Shown: positions 42,228-50,174 of the stretch, piece by piece
Numbering within the stretch: position 1 is the stretch's first letter
Layout: every line of letters starts with the position of its first letter
Origin: a virus
Reading direction: 5' to 3' (one strand)
Length of the DNA: 64,000 bases
IMG/VR virus record: IMGVR_UViG_3300021594_000641
Coordinates: 64,001-128,000 of that record
The notes under the pieces: model-generated
What the model saw: the letters and a program-made list of their open reading frames with translations, nothing else
What the model was told of the DNA's origin: nothing
The model's database searches: none
Position numbers and translations under genes: made by a program

Positions 42228-45200
42228 ATGAGTCCTGCAAACAAGTCTAAGGACATTGTCAAGAAAATTGAGTCTAAATTCAAGGTCCAAAAGAGAGGTG
42301 GTGGATCAGAAGACTTCAAGGTCAGCAAGGTTCATAGCGCAATCAAGCGAGCTTTGGTGAATGGAGGTGGTTGGAATCCTGACGAAGCTGAGAAGGAAGC
42401 TGAGAATATCACTAACGCCGTTATCAGTCTTATCGTCAAGACTTTGACTAGTCCTGTTAATGTTGAAAGCATTCAGAATTTGGTAATCCAGCAGCTATGG
42501 GCTTTCAATCGCGACACTGAAGCTACTCATTACACCGTTTACAAGGAAGAAAGGAAGAAGTCGCGTGAGCTTGTTCCTGTGGATGAGAAGATCAAGGCGA
42601 TGATTGCTGATGACGCCAAGAACTTTGATGAGCCTATTCAGTACTTTCAGCTTATTACCAAGTTTGCACGATGGAATGAAAAAGCCAATAGGCGTGAAAC
42701 TTGGCAAGAAGTGTGTGATCGTGTGATTGGCTGGTTTCAAAAGCAGCCAAGACTTAAGAATGTTGAAGAAAGCCAATGGAATGAGTTGTTCAGCTATCTA
42801 TATAACTTGAAAGCAAGCCCTGCTATGCGGGTTGTTCAGATGGCTGGAGCTCCTTTGGACCGATGCAACGTTGGTGTTTTCAACTGCTCTTACTTGCCTA
42901 TCGTTGATTTGTTCTCCTTTGTCGAGCTTCTCTACATTCTTATGCAAGGCACAGGTGCTGGCTTCTCCGTTGAGTCTGCCAACATCGAGCATCTTCCTCG
43001 CATCAAGAGGCAAAAGCTTGCAGAGAAGACCAAGCACATTATTGAAGACTCCACAGAAGGTTGGTGCGATGCCTTACATATGGGGTTGAAGGCTTGGTTT
43101 GAGGGAGATGACATTGATTTTGACTTCAGCAGGATTAGACCTGCTGGGGCAAAGCTCAAGACCAAGGGCGGTAGAAGCTGCGGGCCTGAGCCTCTAAAGG
43201 ATCTTCTGAAGTTTGCCCGCGATTTGATTCTCAAGCGCCAAGGCAAATACCTTACTGAGCTTGATTGCCACGACCTTGCTTGCATGGTTGGCAAGATTGT
43301 TCAGGTTGGAGGCGTAAGGCGTGCAGCTTTGATCTCTCTTTCTGACCTTAGCAGTTCAGAAATGCGTGAAGCCAAGAGTGGAGCATGGTGGCAAAACCAC
43401 GTTCACCGTTCCATGGCCAACAACTCTGCCGTGTATGACAGCAAACCAAGCGATGTTGCCTTCATGGACGAGTGGCTCAGCCTGGCAAAGTCTGGTTCTG
43501 GAGAGCGAGGTATCTTCAATCGCGATGGTGTTTTGAAGATGTTGCCCAAACGACGCAAGAAAGCCAAGTTTGGAACCAACCCTTGCTTTCATCCAGACAC
43601 AAGAATCTTCTGTAGCGAAGGTCTGATGCGCATTGTTGACCTTTACGAGCTAGGCATGGAGGTGAACGTAACTGTTGACAACCGTGAAAAGCCTGGAGAG
43701 ATCGTTGTCGGTGTGGATTTGAAGGCAGCTAGCCAAGTTGAGCTGACTCAAACCCAGGCCAAGGTCTTCAGGCTGACAACGGAGCACGGTCATGAGATCG
43801 TTTGCACCGAAAATCATGAGTTTCCAACCGCCAAGGGGCGTAAGCAACTTAAAGATTTGAAGGCTGGAGACACTCTGTGCCTTCAATCTGACGAGGGTTT
43901 CTTCGGTCCTTACGGCGATTACAAGACAGGAGTGCTTCTTGGAGTGGTTGCCGGTGCTGGAAAGGTAGAAACCAACGACAGAAGGCTTAAAACCTTGTCC
44001 ATAGAGGACTTCCTGTCTGACATGGACAACATGGACATGGTTGATGACTGCCTTACAGCCGTCGGAAAGCGCGGGAACAAGCACAAGACCGCAAATGTGC
44101 GCACCCAGCCCAAGATGTCTGGCATGGTTTTCACCAACAGAGTGGCGGAGATGGCTTATTTGAGCGATACGTCCGAGATGAAGACGTCAATTCCTGAAAC
44201 TGTAATGCGCGGAAAGCGTTCTATGGTCGCAGGTTACTTGTCGGCTGTCATGTCCAGCGCTTCCAGGGTCATTTCCACCCGTGAAAATGACGCTCAGAGC
44301 TTCATGATGCAGATTGACAGCCCGTCAAAGAGCTTCCTTCTTGGTTTGCAGATGCTTTTTGCCAACTTTGGCGTTGTTGCCAGGGTTGCAAAGAGGTCTG
44401 GCAAGACAAATAACATAGGAATGCTTCGTGACGTCAATCCAAGCAATGACGATAAGGTCAGTTTGATCCTAAACAGGACAAATTGCGCCATCGCCTATGA
44501 GAGGATTGGCGTTTCTGGTCTTCCTGGCTCCATCCTTAGTGATTTTCTTGGCAACACCAAGACCTGGATGGCTGACAGAGACGAGAAATACGTCACGAAG
44601 GTCAAGGAAATCCGTCCTGACGGCTTCTCTGACGTATATTGCCTCAACCAACCAGAGACTCACAACGTTATAGCCAACGGTGTGGTCGCTGGAAACTGCG
44701 CTGAGATCATTTTGAGGCCACACGAGTTCTGCAATCTCACAATTGTTATTGCAAGACCCAACGATACGGCTGAAACTCTTAAAGAGAAGATCCGCATTGC
44801 CACTATTTTCGGCACCATGCAAGCCAGCTGCACAAACTTCAAGTACATTCGCAATGAATGGCACAAGAACTGTGAAGAAGAGGCGTTGCTTGGCGTCGAT
44901 ATCACTGGACAGATGGACTGTCCTCTTCTTAGACCTGACGCTGAAGGCCGTGAAAAGCTTCTTGAGGAGCTTAAGGGCGTGGTCGCCAAGACTAACGAGG
45001 AGTGGGCTAAGAAAATCGGCATCAACAGGGCTGCAGCCGACACTTGCGTCAAGCCTAGTGGCGATAGCAGCCAGTTCTACAACTGTGGTTCAGGCATACA
45101 CGCCTGGTTTGGTAAGTTCTTCGTCAGAAGGGTTCGCGAACGTCGCGATAGCCCTGTGGCGAGAATGCTAATGGACCAGGGAGTGCCTTGGATGGTAGCT

Positions 45201-45611
45201 CCTGAAGACCCATCCTTGGTTTGTTTTGAGTTCCCACGTAAAGCGCCGGAAGGAGCGTTGACACGCCATGATCAAACCGCGATCGACCAACTGGAGAATT
45301 GGCTTGTATGGAAGAAGCATTTTGCGGAGCACTCAGTGTCAGCCACTATATATGTGGAAGACGGAGAGTGGCTCGAAGCTGGTCTCTGGGTCCACAAGCA
45401 TTTCGATGAAGTTAGCGGCGTCAGCTTTCTGCCTAGGGATAACGGTACTTACACTGGTACTCCCTATGAGGAGATCACCGAAGAAGAGTACAACAAGAGA
45501 CTGGCTGCGCTGCCTGAGATCGATTGGTCCAAGCTGGTACGGTATGAAACCGAAGACATGACTGTGGGTTCTCAAACCTACGCATGTACTGCCGGCGGTT
45601 GTGATTTCTGA
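42228..45611 (+). CDS. nrdJ: Class II (cobalamin-dependent) ribonucleotide reductase with N-terminal ATP cone and an intein
   Basis: ATP cone (FKVQKRGGGSEDF..KVHSAI); ASPAMR, GVFNCSY, VGGVRRAALISL, MANNS, TNP/CAEI, CVKPSG, EHSVSAT, C-terminal CTAGGC. Confidence 0.9.
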   Translation: MSPANKSKDIVKKIESKFKVQKRGGGSEDFKVSKVHSAIKRALVNGGGWNPDEAEKEAENITNAVISLIVKTLTSPVNVESIQNLVIQQLWAFNRDTEATHYTVYKEERKKSRELVPVDEKIKAMIADDAKNFDEPIQYFQLITKFARWNEKANRRETWQEVCDRVIGWFQKQPRLKNVEESQWNELFSYLYNLKASPAMRVVQMAGAPLDRCNVGVFNCSYLPIVDLFSFVELLYILMQGTGAGFSVESANIEHLPRIKRQKLAEKTKHIIEDSTEGWCDALHMGLKAWFEGDDIDFDFSRIRPAGAKLKTKGGRSCGPEPLKDLLKFARDLILKRQGKYLTELDCHDLACMVGKIVQVGGVRRAALISLSDLSSSEMREAKSGAWWQNHVHRSMANNSAVYDSKPSDVAFMDEWLSLAKSGSGERGIFNRDGVLKMLPKRRKKAKFGTNPCFHPDTRIFCSEGLMRIVDLYELGMEVNVTVDNREKPGEIVVGVDLKAASQVELTQTQAKVFRLTTEHGHEIVCTENHEFPTAKGRKQLKDLKAGDTLCLQSDEGFFGPYGDYKTGVLLGVVAGAGKVETNDRRLKTLSIEDFLSDMDNMDMVDDCLTAVGKRGNKHKTANVRTQPKMSGMVFTNRVAEMAYLSDTSEMKTSIPETVMRGKRSMVAGYLSAVMSSASRVISTRENDAQSFMMQIDSPSKSFLLGLQMLFANFGVVARVAKRSGKTNNIGMLRDVNPSNDDKVSLILNRTNCAIAYERIGVSGLPGSILSDFLGNTKTWMADRDEKYVTKVKEIRPDGFSDVYCLNQPETHNVIANGVVAGNCAEIILRPHEFCNLTIVIARPNDTAETLKEKIRIATIFGTMQASCTNFKYIRNEWHKNCEEEALLGVDITGQMDCPLLRPDAEGREKLLEELKGVVAKTNEEWAKKIGINRAAADTCVKPSGDSSQFYNCGSGIHAWFGKFFVRRVRERRDSPVARMLMDQGVPWMVAPEDPSLVCFEFPRKAPEGALTRHDQTAIDQLENWLVWKKHFAEHSVSATIYVEDGEWLEAGLWVHKHFDEVSGVSFLPRDNGTYTGTPYEEITEEEYNKRLAALPEIDWSKLVRYETEDMTVGSQTYACTAGGCDF
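43584..44696 (+). mobile_element. Intein (371 aa) with a degenerate LAGLIDADG-type domain
   Basis: Begins CFHPDTRI after TNP, ends VYCLNQPETHNVIANGVVAGN, followed by Cys; removal restores TNPCAEI. Confidence 0.92.
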
Positions 45612-45617
45612 AGTTAG

Positions 45618-45670
45618 CTGATAGCTAAAAAAAAAGAGTGTAGCTTAAAAGCTACACTCTTTTTTTAGCT
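45618..45670. terminator. Bidirectional terminator between convergent genes
   Basis: A-run, GAGTGTAGC-TTAAAA-GCTACACTC, T-run; AGCTATCAG tail on the minus side. Confidence 0.85.
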
Positions 45671-46027
45671 GTCCATGGCATCTTTAATAGCTTTTCTCCA
45701 AACGTCTTTTTTTATGTGCATGTCTTCATATAAGTTTAGCGAAAATCCTAGTTCTTCATTGGCCTCCTCTAGAAAAATAATAACAGAATCACCGTCTTTA
45801 CCGTAGCCAACATCGTTCTTAATTTCTTCTTCGTCGCCATCGATTCCAAGAACTGTTACGTTGTAACAGTGGTCTTTAACTCTACCGACTACTATCTGCG
45901 CTGCAAATTTAATCCTTTCTTCTATTGGCAATTTTAAGAGCCTGGCTCGCTCCTTCGCCAGGGAACAGATCTCCCTAAGCTCTTTAGAGCTTGTAGCCGC
46001 TATCCAATTCTTATTAGGCTGTGTCAT
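45665..46027 (-). CDS. Accessory hypothetical protein
   Basis: 120 aa, AGGAGAAGG RBS. Confidence 0.7.
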   Translation of the reverse strand: MTQPNKNWIAATSSKELREICSLAKERARLLKLPIEERIKFAAQIVVGRVKDHCYNVTVLGIDGDEEEIKNDVGYGKDGDSVIIFLEEANEELGFSLNLYEDMHIKKDVWRKAIKDAMDS

Positions 46028-46063
46028 AAGATCCTTCTCCTAGGGGTTAAAAAAAGCCAGGCA

Positions 46064-46094
46064 GGGAGTGCAGTTTTTAGGCTACACTCCCCAT
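46064..46094. repeat. Copy of the GAGTGTAGC/GCTACACTC hairpin
   Basis: GGGAGTGCAGTTTTTAGGCTACACTCCCCAT, near-identical to 46332-46363. Confidence 0.8.
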
Positions 46095-46099
46095 TTGGT

Positions 46100-46213
46100 T
46101 TACATTTGTTTCCATGCTACCCACAGCACGACATTAGCCACCAAAAGGTATGTGACCAACGCCACTGGAATCATCACAAAAAGACAACTAGCCAAATCAA
46201 ATTTCTTAAACAT
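46100..46213 (-). CDS. 37-aa single-helix membrane peptide
   Basis: MFKKFDLASCLFVMIPVALVTYLLVANVVLWVAWKQM; AGGAGG RBS; promoter motif upstream; absent from the track. Confidence 0.6.
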   Translation of the reverse strand: MFKKFDLASCLFVMIPVALVTYLLVANVVLWVAWKQM

Positions 46214-46271
46214 GGCACTACCTCCTAACAAATCACCGACTACCGAAGTGATAGGTGGCGATCAGCACAGG

Positions 46272-46299
46272 ATTATGCCGCTTATACGCGTTTACTTAA
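46272..46299 (-). promoter_or_regulatory. Putative promoter TTAAGT-N16-CATAAT
   Basis: Conserved bipartite motif. Confidence 0.6.
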
Positions 46300-46303
46300 G
46301 TAG

Positions 46304-46363
46304 CTGATAGCTAAAAGAAAACCCGGAGGGTGGGGAGTGTAGCTTTTAGGCTACACTCCCCAT
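46304..46363 (-). terminator. Terminator with repeated hairpin and AGCTATCAG tail
   Basis: GGGGAGTGTAGC/GCTACACTCCCC stem, then TTTTCTTTTAGCTATCAG. Confidence 0.75.
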
Positions 46364-46368
46364 CGGGG

Positions 46369-46986
46369 TTATAGGTTTTTAAGCGCATGATTTAACATGC
46401 GTTTCGCCTCCCCCTCCGATATGACGGCATCACCGCCGCCATCGATTTCGATATGGTAGGTGTTATCTACCGTCTCAACGATGTATATGGTGGGGGACAC
46501 TCGATATACCCTCCTGGTTGGGTGGTAGTACCCCTCCGGAGGAGGGGGCACTTGAAGCCTGGCGAAATCTTCAACCTCCAAAGCTGAAGCCCTTGCGATG
46601 AGAGCCTCGGCTTCGTTGATCATTGCGAGGTAGTCTGGGTACGCCCCAGATTCCTCGAAGGAATATGCAGGGGCCAGCGCCGATGGCCCCCAGACCTTCC
46701 TGTGGACCCATCTTTCCCGCACATAATAGGCGGCGGTCCTTAAGGCCTCAGCCTTCTTGCGAAGGCCCACGGAGGATTCGGCAAATGCCGCATCAGCTGC
46801 GGCCTTGACGACGAAGGCCCGCGCAGCCTCCAGATCCCTCAGGTTCGCCGCCGCCTGGGCTGCCGCCTCTGCCTCGCGCTGGATTTTGACGCGGTTTTCC
46901 GCGTCAATGCCAATGAGGCGGATTTTTGACTTCAGGGCCCGAAATTTAGCGTTGTTCATGGCCTGTACCCCAATAGGCACGCCCAC
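46369..46986 (-). CDS. Accessory Ala-rich coiled-coil protein, GC-rich
   Basis: 205 aa ORF; the real start may be MNNAKF. Confidence 0.6.
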   Translation of the reverse strand: MGVPIGVQAMNNAKFRALKSKIRLIGIDAENRVKIQREAEAAAQAAANLRDLEAARAFVVKAAADAAFAESSVGLRKKAEALRTAAYYVRERWVHRKVWGPSALAPAYSFEESGAYPDYLAMINEAEALIARASALEVEDFARLQVPPPPEGYYHPTRRVYRVSPTIYIVETVDNTYHIEIDGGGDAVISEGEAKRMLNHALKNL

Positions 46987-47016
46987 ACATCTCAGTTGTG
47001 TGAGGGCTATACCTAT

Positions 47017-47562
47017 TCATATTAATATGACGTGTTTTTGTTGGGCAACGTTACCACCCCAGTCGTCAACGAGAGTTGAAACATCGTCTTTGAAGAGAGG
47101 CCTGAAAGCCTCTCCCAAGAACCTTGAGGGTTTTCCTGTCCCGGTATCCCAGGAAAGGCAACTCATGTGGTCATGGGCCTCCACCTGGACCCACCGCCCC
47201 TCCGTGGCCCAGCCAGTCCACCACACCCTAAGGTGAGCGCCGTCCGGTCCTCCAGTTTTGTGAGAATACACAAATCGGGCAGCCGAGGAGCCATCCCCTC
47301 GGTTTCGGTGATAGTACCAGTTCGCCTCCTGGAGGAGGTGAAAGTAGTCATTGACCACTTTCACCTCCTCCGGAACCCCGTACCAGAAAGGAGGAAGGGT
47401 CACTCCTTTCTTTTGGAGGATTATGCTGCTGAAGATCGTCAGCAGCGCCTCCATGAACTGACCCACCCGACGGCGTGCGTCGATATCAGCCGCCATAGCG
47501 CGGCAGGCGACCCAGCCATGGGCCTGGAGAAGCTGGTTGTAGCAGGCGTTGTCCATATTCAT
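47017..47562 (-). CDS. Accessory hypothetical protein, GC-rich
   Basis: Start MNMDNAC with GGAG RBS, downstream of the promoter motif at 47626; 3' end and stop taken from the track. Confidence 0.55.
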   Translation of the reverse strand: MNMDNACYNQLLQAHGWVACRAMAADIDARRRVGQFMEALLTIFSSIILQKKGVTLPPFWYGVPEEVKVVNDYFHLLQEANWYYHRNRGDGSSAARFVYSHKTGGPDGAHLRVWWTGWATEGRWVQVEAHDHMSCLSWDTGTGKPSRFLGEAFRPLFKDDVSTLVDDWGGNVAQQKHVILI

Positions 47563-47625
47563 GGTCAAGACTCCACTAGGCACTCTACACCTCTCAGTTG
47601 GGTAGTAGATATACCTATGCATCTG

Positions 47626-47654
47626 ATTATGACTTTTATTAGTGCAGTAATTAA
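47626..47654 (-). promoter_or_regulatory. Putative promoter TTAATT-N17-CATAAT
   Basis: Conserved bipartite motif. Confidence 0.55.
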
Positions 47655-47661
47655 ACACTGG

Positions 47662-47710
47662 CTGATAGCTAAAAAAGGACTTACGTGATGAGCGCCTTAG
47701 CGCTCTCACT
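47662..47710 (-). terminator. Terminator with AGCTATCAG tail
   Basis: GTGAGAGCGC-TAAG-GCGCTCATCAC, then TTTTTTAGCTATCAG. Confidence 0.7.
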
Positions 47711-47717
47711 GCCTTTG

Positions 47718-47867
47718 TTAGTTGAATTCGCAGGGGCTTGTAACCTCTGCTATTCTTGCTTCCCAGTCTTCTGCCTGGCACAGGTCCAAGCAGAAAGAAA
47801 GGAAAAGCCCAAAAACAAAAGCCGCCAACAGAATGGCGGCTGGAATGAAAAGACCTTCCTTGGTCAT
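47718..47867 (-). CDS. 49-aa membrane or secreted peptide
   Basis: MTKEGLFIPAAILLAAFVFGLFLSFCLDLCQAED...; AGGAGG RBS. Confidence 0.55.
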   Translation of the reverse strand: MTKEGLFIPAAILLAAFVFGLFLSFCLDLCQAEDWEARIAEVTSPCEFN

Positions 47868-47877
47868 AGCGGGCCTC

Positions 47878-48069
47878 CTAGCCCTTAAAAAGGATACGGA
47901 AGTATCCTGCGGAAGTGGAGAAAACCACTTCCTTCAGAACTTCCGTCTTGTCTCCCAAGAGACAGTCGACCCCCTCTGGGTCGCTTCTTACCTCCTGTAG
48001 GGCCTTTACCAAAACAGACTCAAGAAGAGGAAGCGTTTCCTCTCCTGAAAGAATCCTTCCGTTTTTCAT
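47878..48069 (-). CDS. Small accessory protein
   Basis: Start MKNGRIL with GAGGG RBS. Confidence 0.55.
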   Translation of the reverse strand: MKNGRILSGEETLPLLESVLVKALQEVRSDPEGVDCLLGDKTEVLKEVVFSTSAGYFRILFKG

Positions 48070-48118
48070 GGTCTGACCCTCAATAGCAAAAGGCACAATG
48101 CCTATATGCTTTCAAGTT

Positions 48119-48146
48119 ATTATGACAAGTATTCAGTTTGAATTAA
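48119..48146 (-). promoter_or_regulatory. Putative promoter TTAATT-N16-CATAAT
   Basis: Conserved bipartite motif. Confidence 0.6.
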
Positions 48147-48153
48147 ATAAAAA

Positions 48154-48196
48154 CTGATAGCTAAAAAAAAGCAGCAACGGGAAATCCCGCTGCTGC
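48154..48196 (-). terminator. Terminator with AGCTATCAG tail
   Basis: GCAGCAGCGGG-ATTT-CCCGTTGCTGC, U8, AGCTATCAG. Confidence 0.85.
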
Positions 48197-48214
48197 CTTG
48201 AGAAGCTGGGAAAG

Positions 48215-48538
48215 CTATTCAAACTTTCCCAGCTTCTCTCCAACCTCTTCAAGAGCGTAGAGGTTGGTCCTGGCGATAAACGCCAGGCGGGTCATGTCGA
48301 CCCAGCCCTGTCGGGCTTTTGGGTCGAGCGGGTATTTCTCCCGCTGAAGACGGCGCGACCTCAGCCGCTTTTCAATTCGGCTGAGCTGGACGTAGCCATC
48401 CGTCAGGATGGACATCCAGGCCTCGCGGATGTCGTCCGCGTCTGCGCCTGGAAGGCTGTCCTTCACCCTCTTGAGGAGGGAGTCCGCCAATTTCTTGGCG
48501 GCTTCCCTCACTCGGTCCACTGTCCTTTCACTTTCCAC
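48215..48538 (-). CDS. Accessory hypothetical protein, GC-rich
   Basis: 107 aa, GGAGG RBS. Confidence 0.65.
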   Translation of the reverse strand: MESERTVDRVREAAKKLADSLLKRVKDSLPGADADDIREAWMSILTDGYVQLSRIEKRLRSRRLQREKYPLDPKARQGWVDMTRLAFIARTNLYALEEVGEKLGKFE

Positions 48539-48767
48539 AACCGCACCTCCATCCTTGGAGAAAAACCCGCAGCTCGACAGAGCATACGGGGCATATTATC
48601 CTTGAGGCCGACGGGGCCTCGGGGTCGAGATCAATCTTGACCTCGGCCCAGCTAGGATTACCAACCGGGTCGACAGGAGGACCCTGCTCCTCCTCCTGTC
48701 TGGAAAGCTCGTCTTGAGCTTTCATCCGGGGCCAGTCGTTTCTGGCCTCTTCTTTCTTTCTGCTCAC
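48528..48767 (-). CDS. Small protein with a possible C-terminal zinc ribbon
   Basis: 79 aa; CPVC...CGC; GAGGAGG RBS. Confidence 0.6.
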   Translation of the reverse strand: MSRKKEEARNDWPRMKAQDELSRQEEEQGPPVDPVGNPSWAEVKIDLDPEAPSASRIICPVCSVELRVFLQGWRCGCGK

Positions 48768-48776
48768 AGTTCCTCC

Positions 48777-48926
48777 TCACTGTGAAAGGCGAAGACGGAT
48801 TTCTCCATCGCTCGCCTTGTAAGAGAAGTCCAGCTCGACGCGAACTGGACTAGGCTGAGTTCTGGTTGCCTGACACCCAGTCAGACCAACGATAACCAGA
48901 GCCAGCAAAACACTCATCCTGAGCAT
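48777..48926 (-). CDS. Small lipoprotein (49 aa)
   Basis: MLRMSVLLALVIVGLTG-C lipobox; GGAGG RBS; absent from the track. Confidence 0.65.
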   Translation of the reverse strand: MLRMSVLLALVIVGLTGCQATRTQPSPVRVELDFSYKASDGEIRLRLSQ

Positions 48927-48976
48927 GGCGGTGCCCTCCTTGGCTTCCGCTATCGAGGGATAACGGACACCAAAGT

Positions 48977-49004
48977 ATTATGCCGCTTTTGCTTGTTTAA
49001 TTAA
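48977..49004 (-). promoter_or_regulatory. Putative promoter TTAATT-N16-CATAAT
   Basis: Conserved bipartite motif. Confidence 0.6.
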
Positions 49005-49687
49005 GTTTCTATCTTTTCAAGCATCTTGCTTATTATTGGATGCCTTACGATGCTTGTCGCAGGCATGTTGACAACGGCCAAACCTTCTATTCCCTGAAGC
49101 CTTTCAACCATAGGCATAAGCCCAGAGTCTCTACCTATATCAGATTGATACGGATCTCCAGTAATTATCATCTTTGTTCTTTTGCCTATTCTTGTGAGAA
49201 CAAGCTTTATCTGCTCCCATGTGCAGTTTTGAAACTCATCACATATCACAACTGAGTAAGCAAACGTTCTTCCTCTTAGATAGGCTATCGGAGAAAACTC
49301 TATGGATTCTATTACTCTCTTGTGATCAACGCCGCCTTTACCCATGCACATTTCCATGCAATCAATTATCGGCGCTAGGTAAGGGGCTATCTTTTCATCT
49401 GCCGTGCCTGGAAGAAAACCCAGGCTTTCGGTGGCTACGCACGGTCTTGTGAGAACTATCTTTCTTTGTCTTTTACCCAGTATGCTGCTTGCGGCATATG
49501 CTGAAGCTACTTGAGTTTTACCGCAACCGGCTGGACCAATTAGAAATGTTATGTCGTTCTTTTCAATAGTTTCCCAGGCCAGCTTTTGAGTTTCGTTATA
49601 GAATGTGAAGTTATATTTATTTATTGTTTTATCCACAGGAGGCTGAGGTCTTGTTTCTATTTCAACTTTGTTTTTCTTTCTTGACAT
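49001..49687 (-). CDS. phoH: PhoH family ATPase
   Basis: FLIGPAGCGKT, KIVLTRP, LGFLPGT..EKI.PY, IAYLRGRTF, DEFQN, LTRIG, GDPYQSD, IVRHP. Confidence 0.92.
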   Translation of the reverse strand: MSRKKNKVEIETRPQPPVDKTINKYNFTFYNETQKLAWETIEKNDITFLIGPAGCGKTQVASAYAASSILGKRQRKIVLTRPCVATESLGFLPGTADEKIAPYLAPIIDCMEMCMGKGGVDHKRVIESIEFSPIAYLRGRTFAYSVVICDEFQNCTWEQIKLVLTRIGKRTKMIITGDPYQSDIGRDSGLMPMVERLQGIEGLAVVNMPATSIVRHPIISKMLEKIET

Positions 49688-49709
49688 GTGGTGTTTGCAA
49701 CCTCCTTTC

Positions 49710-50150
49710 CTAAGCTTTCCAGGCGGTTATTCCCCATTGCCTATAAGTCGCGCCTAGCCTGTCTATGTCTTTCCAACATTCTATCCACTTCCTTTTACCC
49801 AGACTCTTTGGGCCTTCGCTTGGATCTTGGTAATGCATTCTTCTGTCTTTTATACCAGAAGCAACGACCCAATGCCCGACGTTGTTTAGCATTATCAGGC
49901 AAATGACTGGTCTTGTTTGTGTGAAGAAAGCAAGATCGTTCCAGGTCATCTCGCCTGAAAGGACATGAAGCCCTAGTTTTCTTAGCAGTGACTCTATTGC
50001 TCTTGGGTCTGTTCCATCTATCGGAGAAGTGGACAAGGCCATTAGCCTGTCAGGAGTAAGTCTTTTTCCTAAAGCTTTAAGCAGAATTTTTACAGCTACT
50101 ATGCCGCAGTCATAATCAGTTTTTTGTCTTATGTCTGATAGAGTTATCAT
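49710..50150 (-). CDS. C39-like cysteine peptidase
   Basis: RQKTDYDCG (Gln/Cys), GHWVV (His), YQDP (Asp). Confidence 0.8.
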   Translation of the reverse strand: MITLSDIRQKTDYDCGIVAVKILLKALGKRLTPDRLMALSTSPIDGTDPRAIESLLRKLGLHVLSGEMTWNDLAFFTQTRPVICLIMLNNVGHWVVASGIKDRRMHYQDPSEGPKSLGKRKWIECWKDIDRLGATYRQWGITAWKA

Positions 50151-50174
50151 GGCTATACCCTCTCAGGTAGCCGT

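Noticed and set aside
42100-42228. Cobalamin riboswitch upstream of nrdJ
   Set aside because: No recognisable B12-box consensus and the region is short; kept only as an unclassified structured leader
45618-46363. tRNA or other known ncRNA in the repeated hairpins
   Set aside because: Single stems with no cloverleaf or T-loop; positions fit terminators
47563-47781. N-terminal extension of the 254-aa track ORF 47017-47781
   Set aside because: It reads through a separate 49-aa gene, a terminator and a promoter motif; a better start with RBS is at 47562
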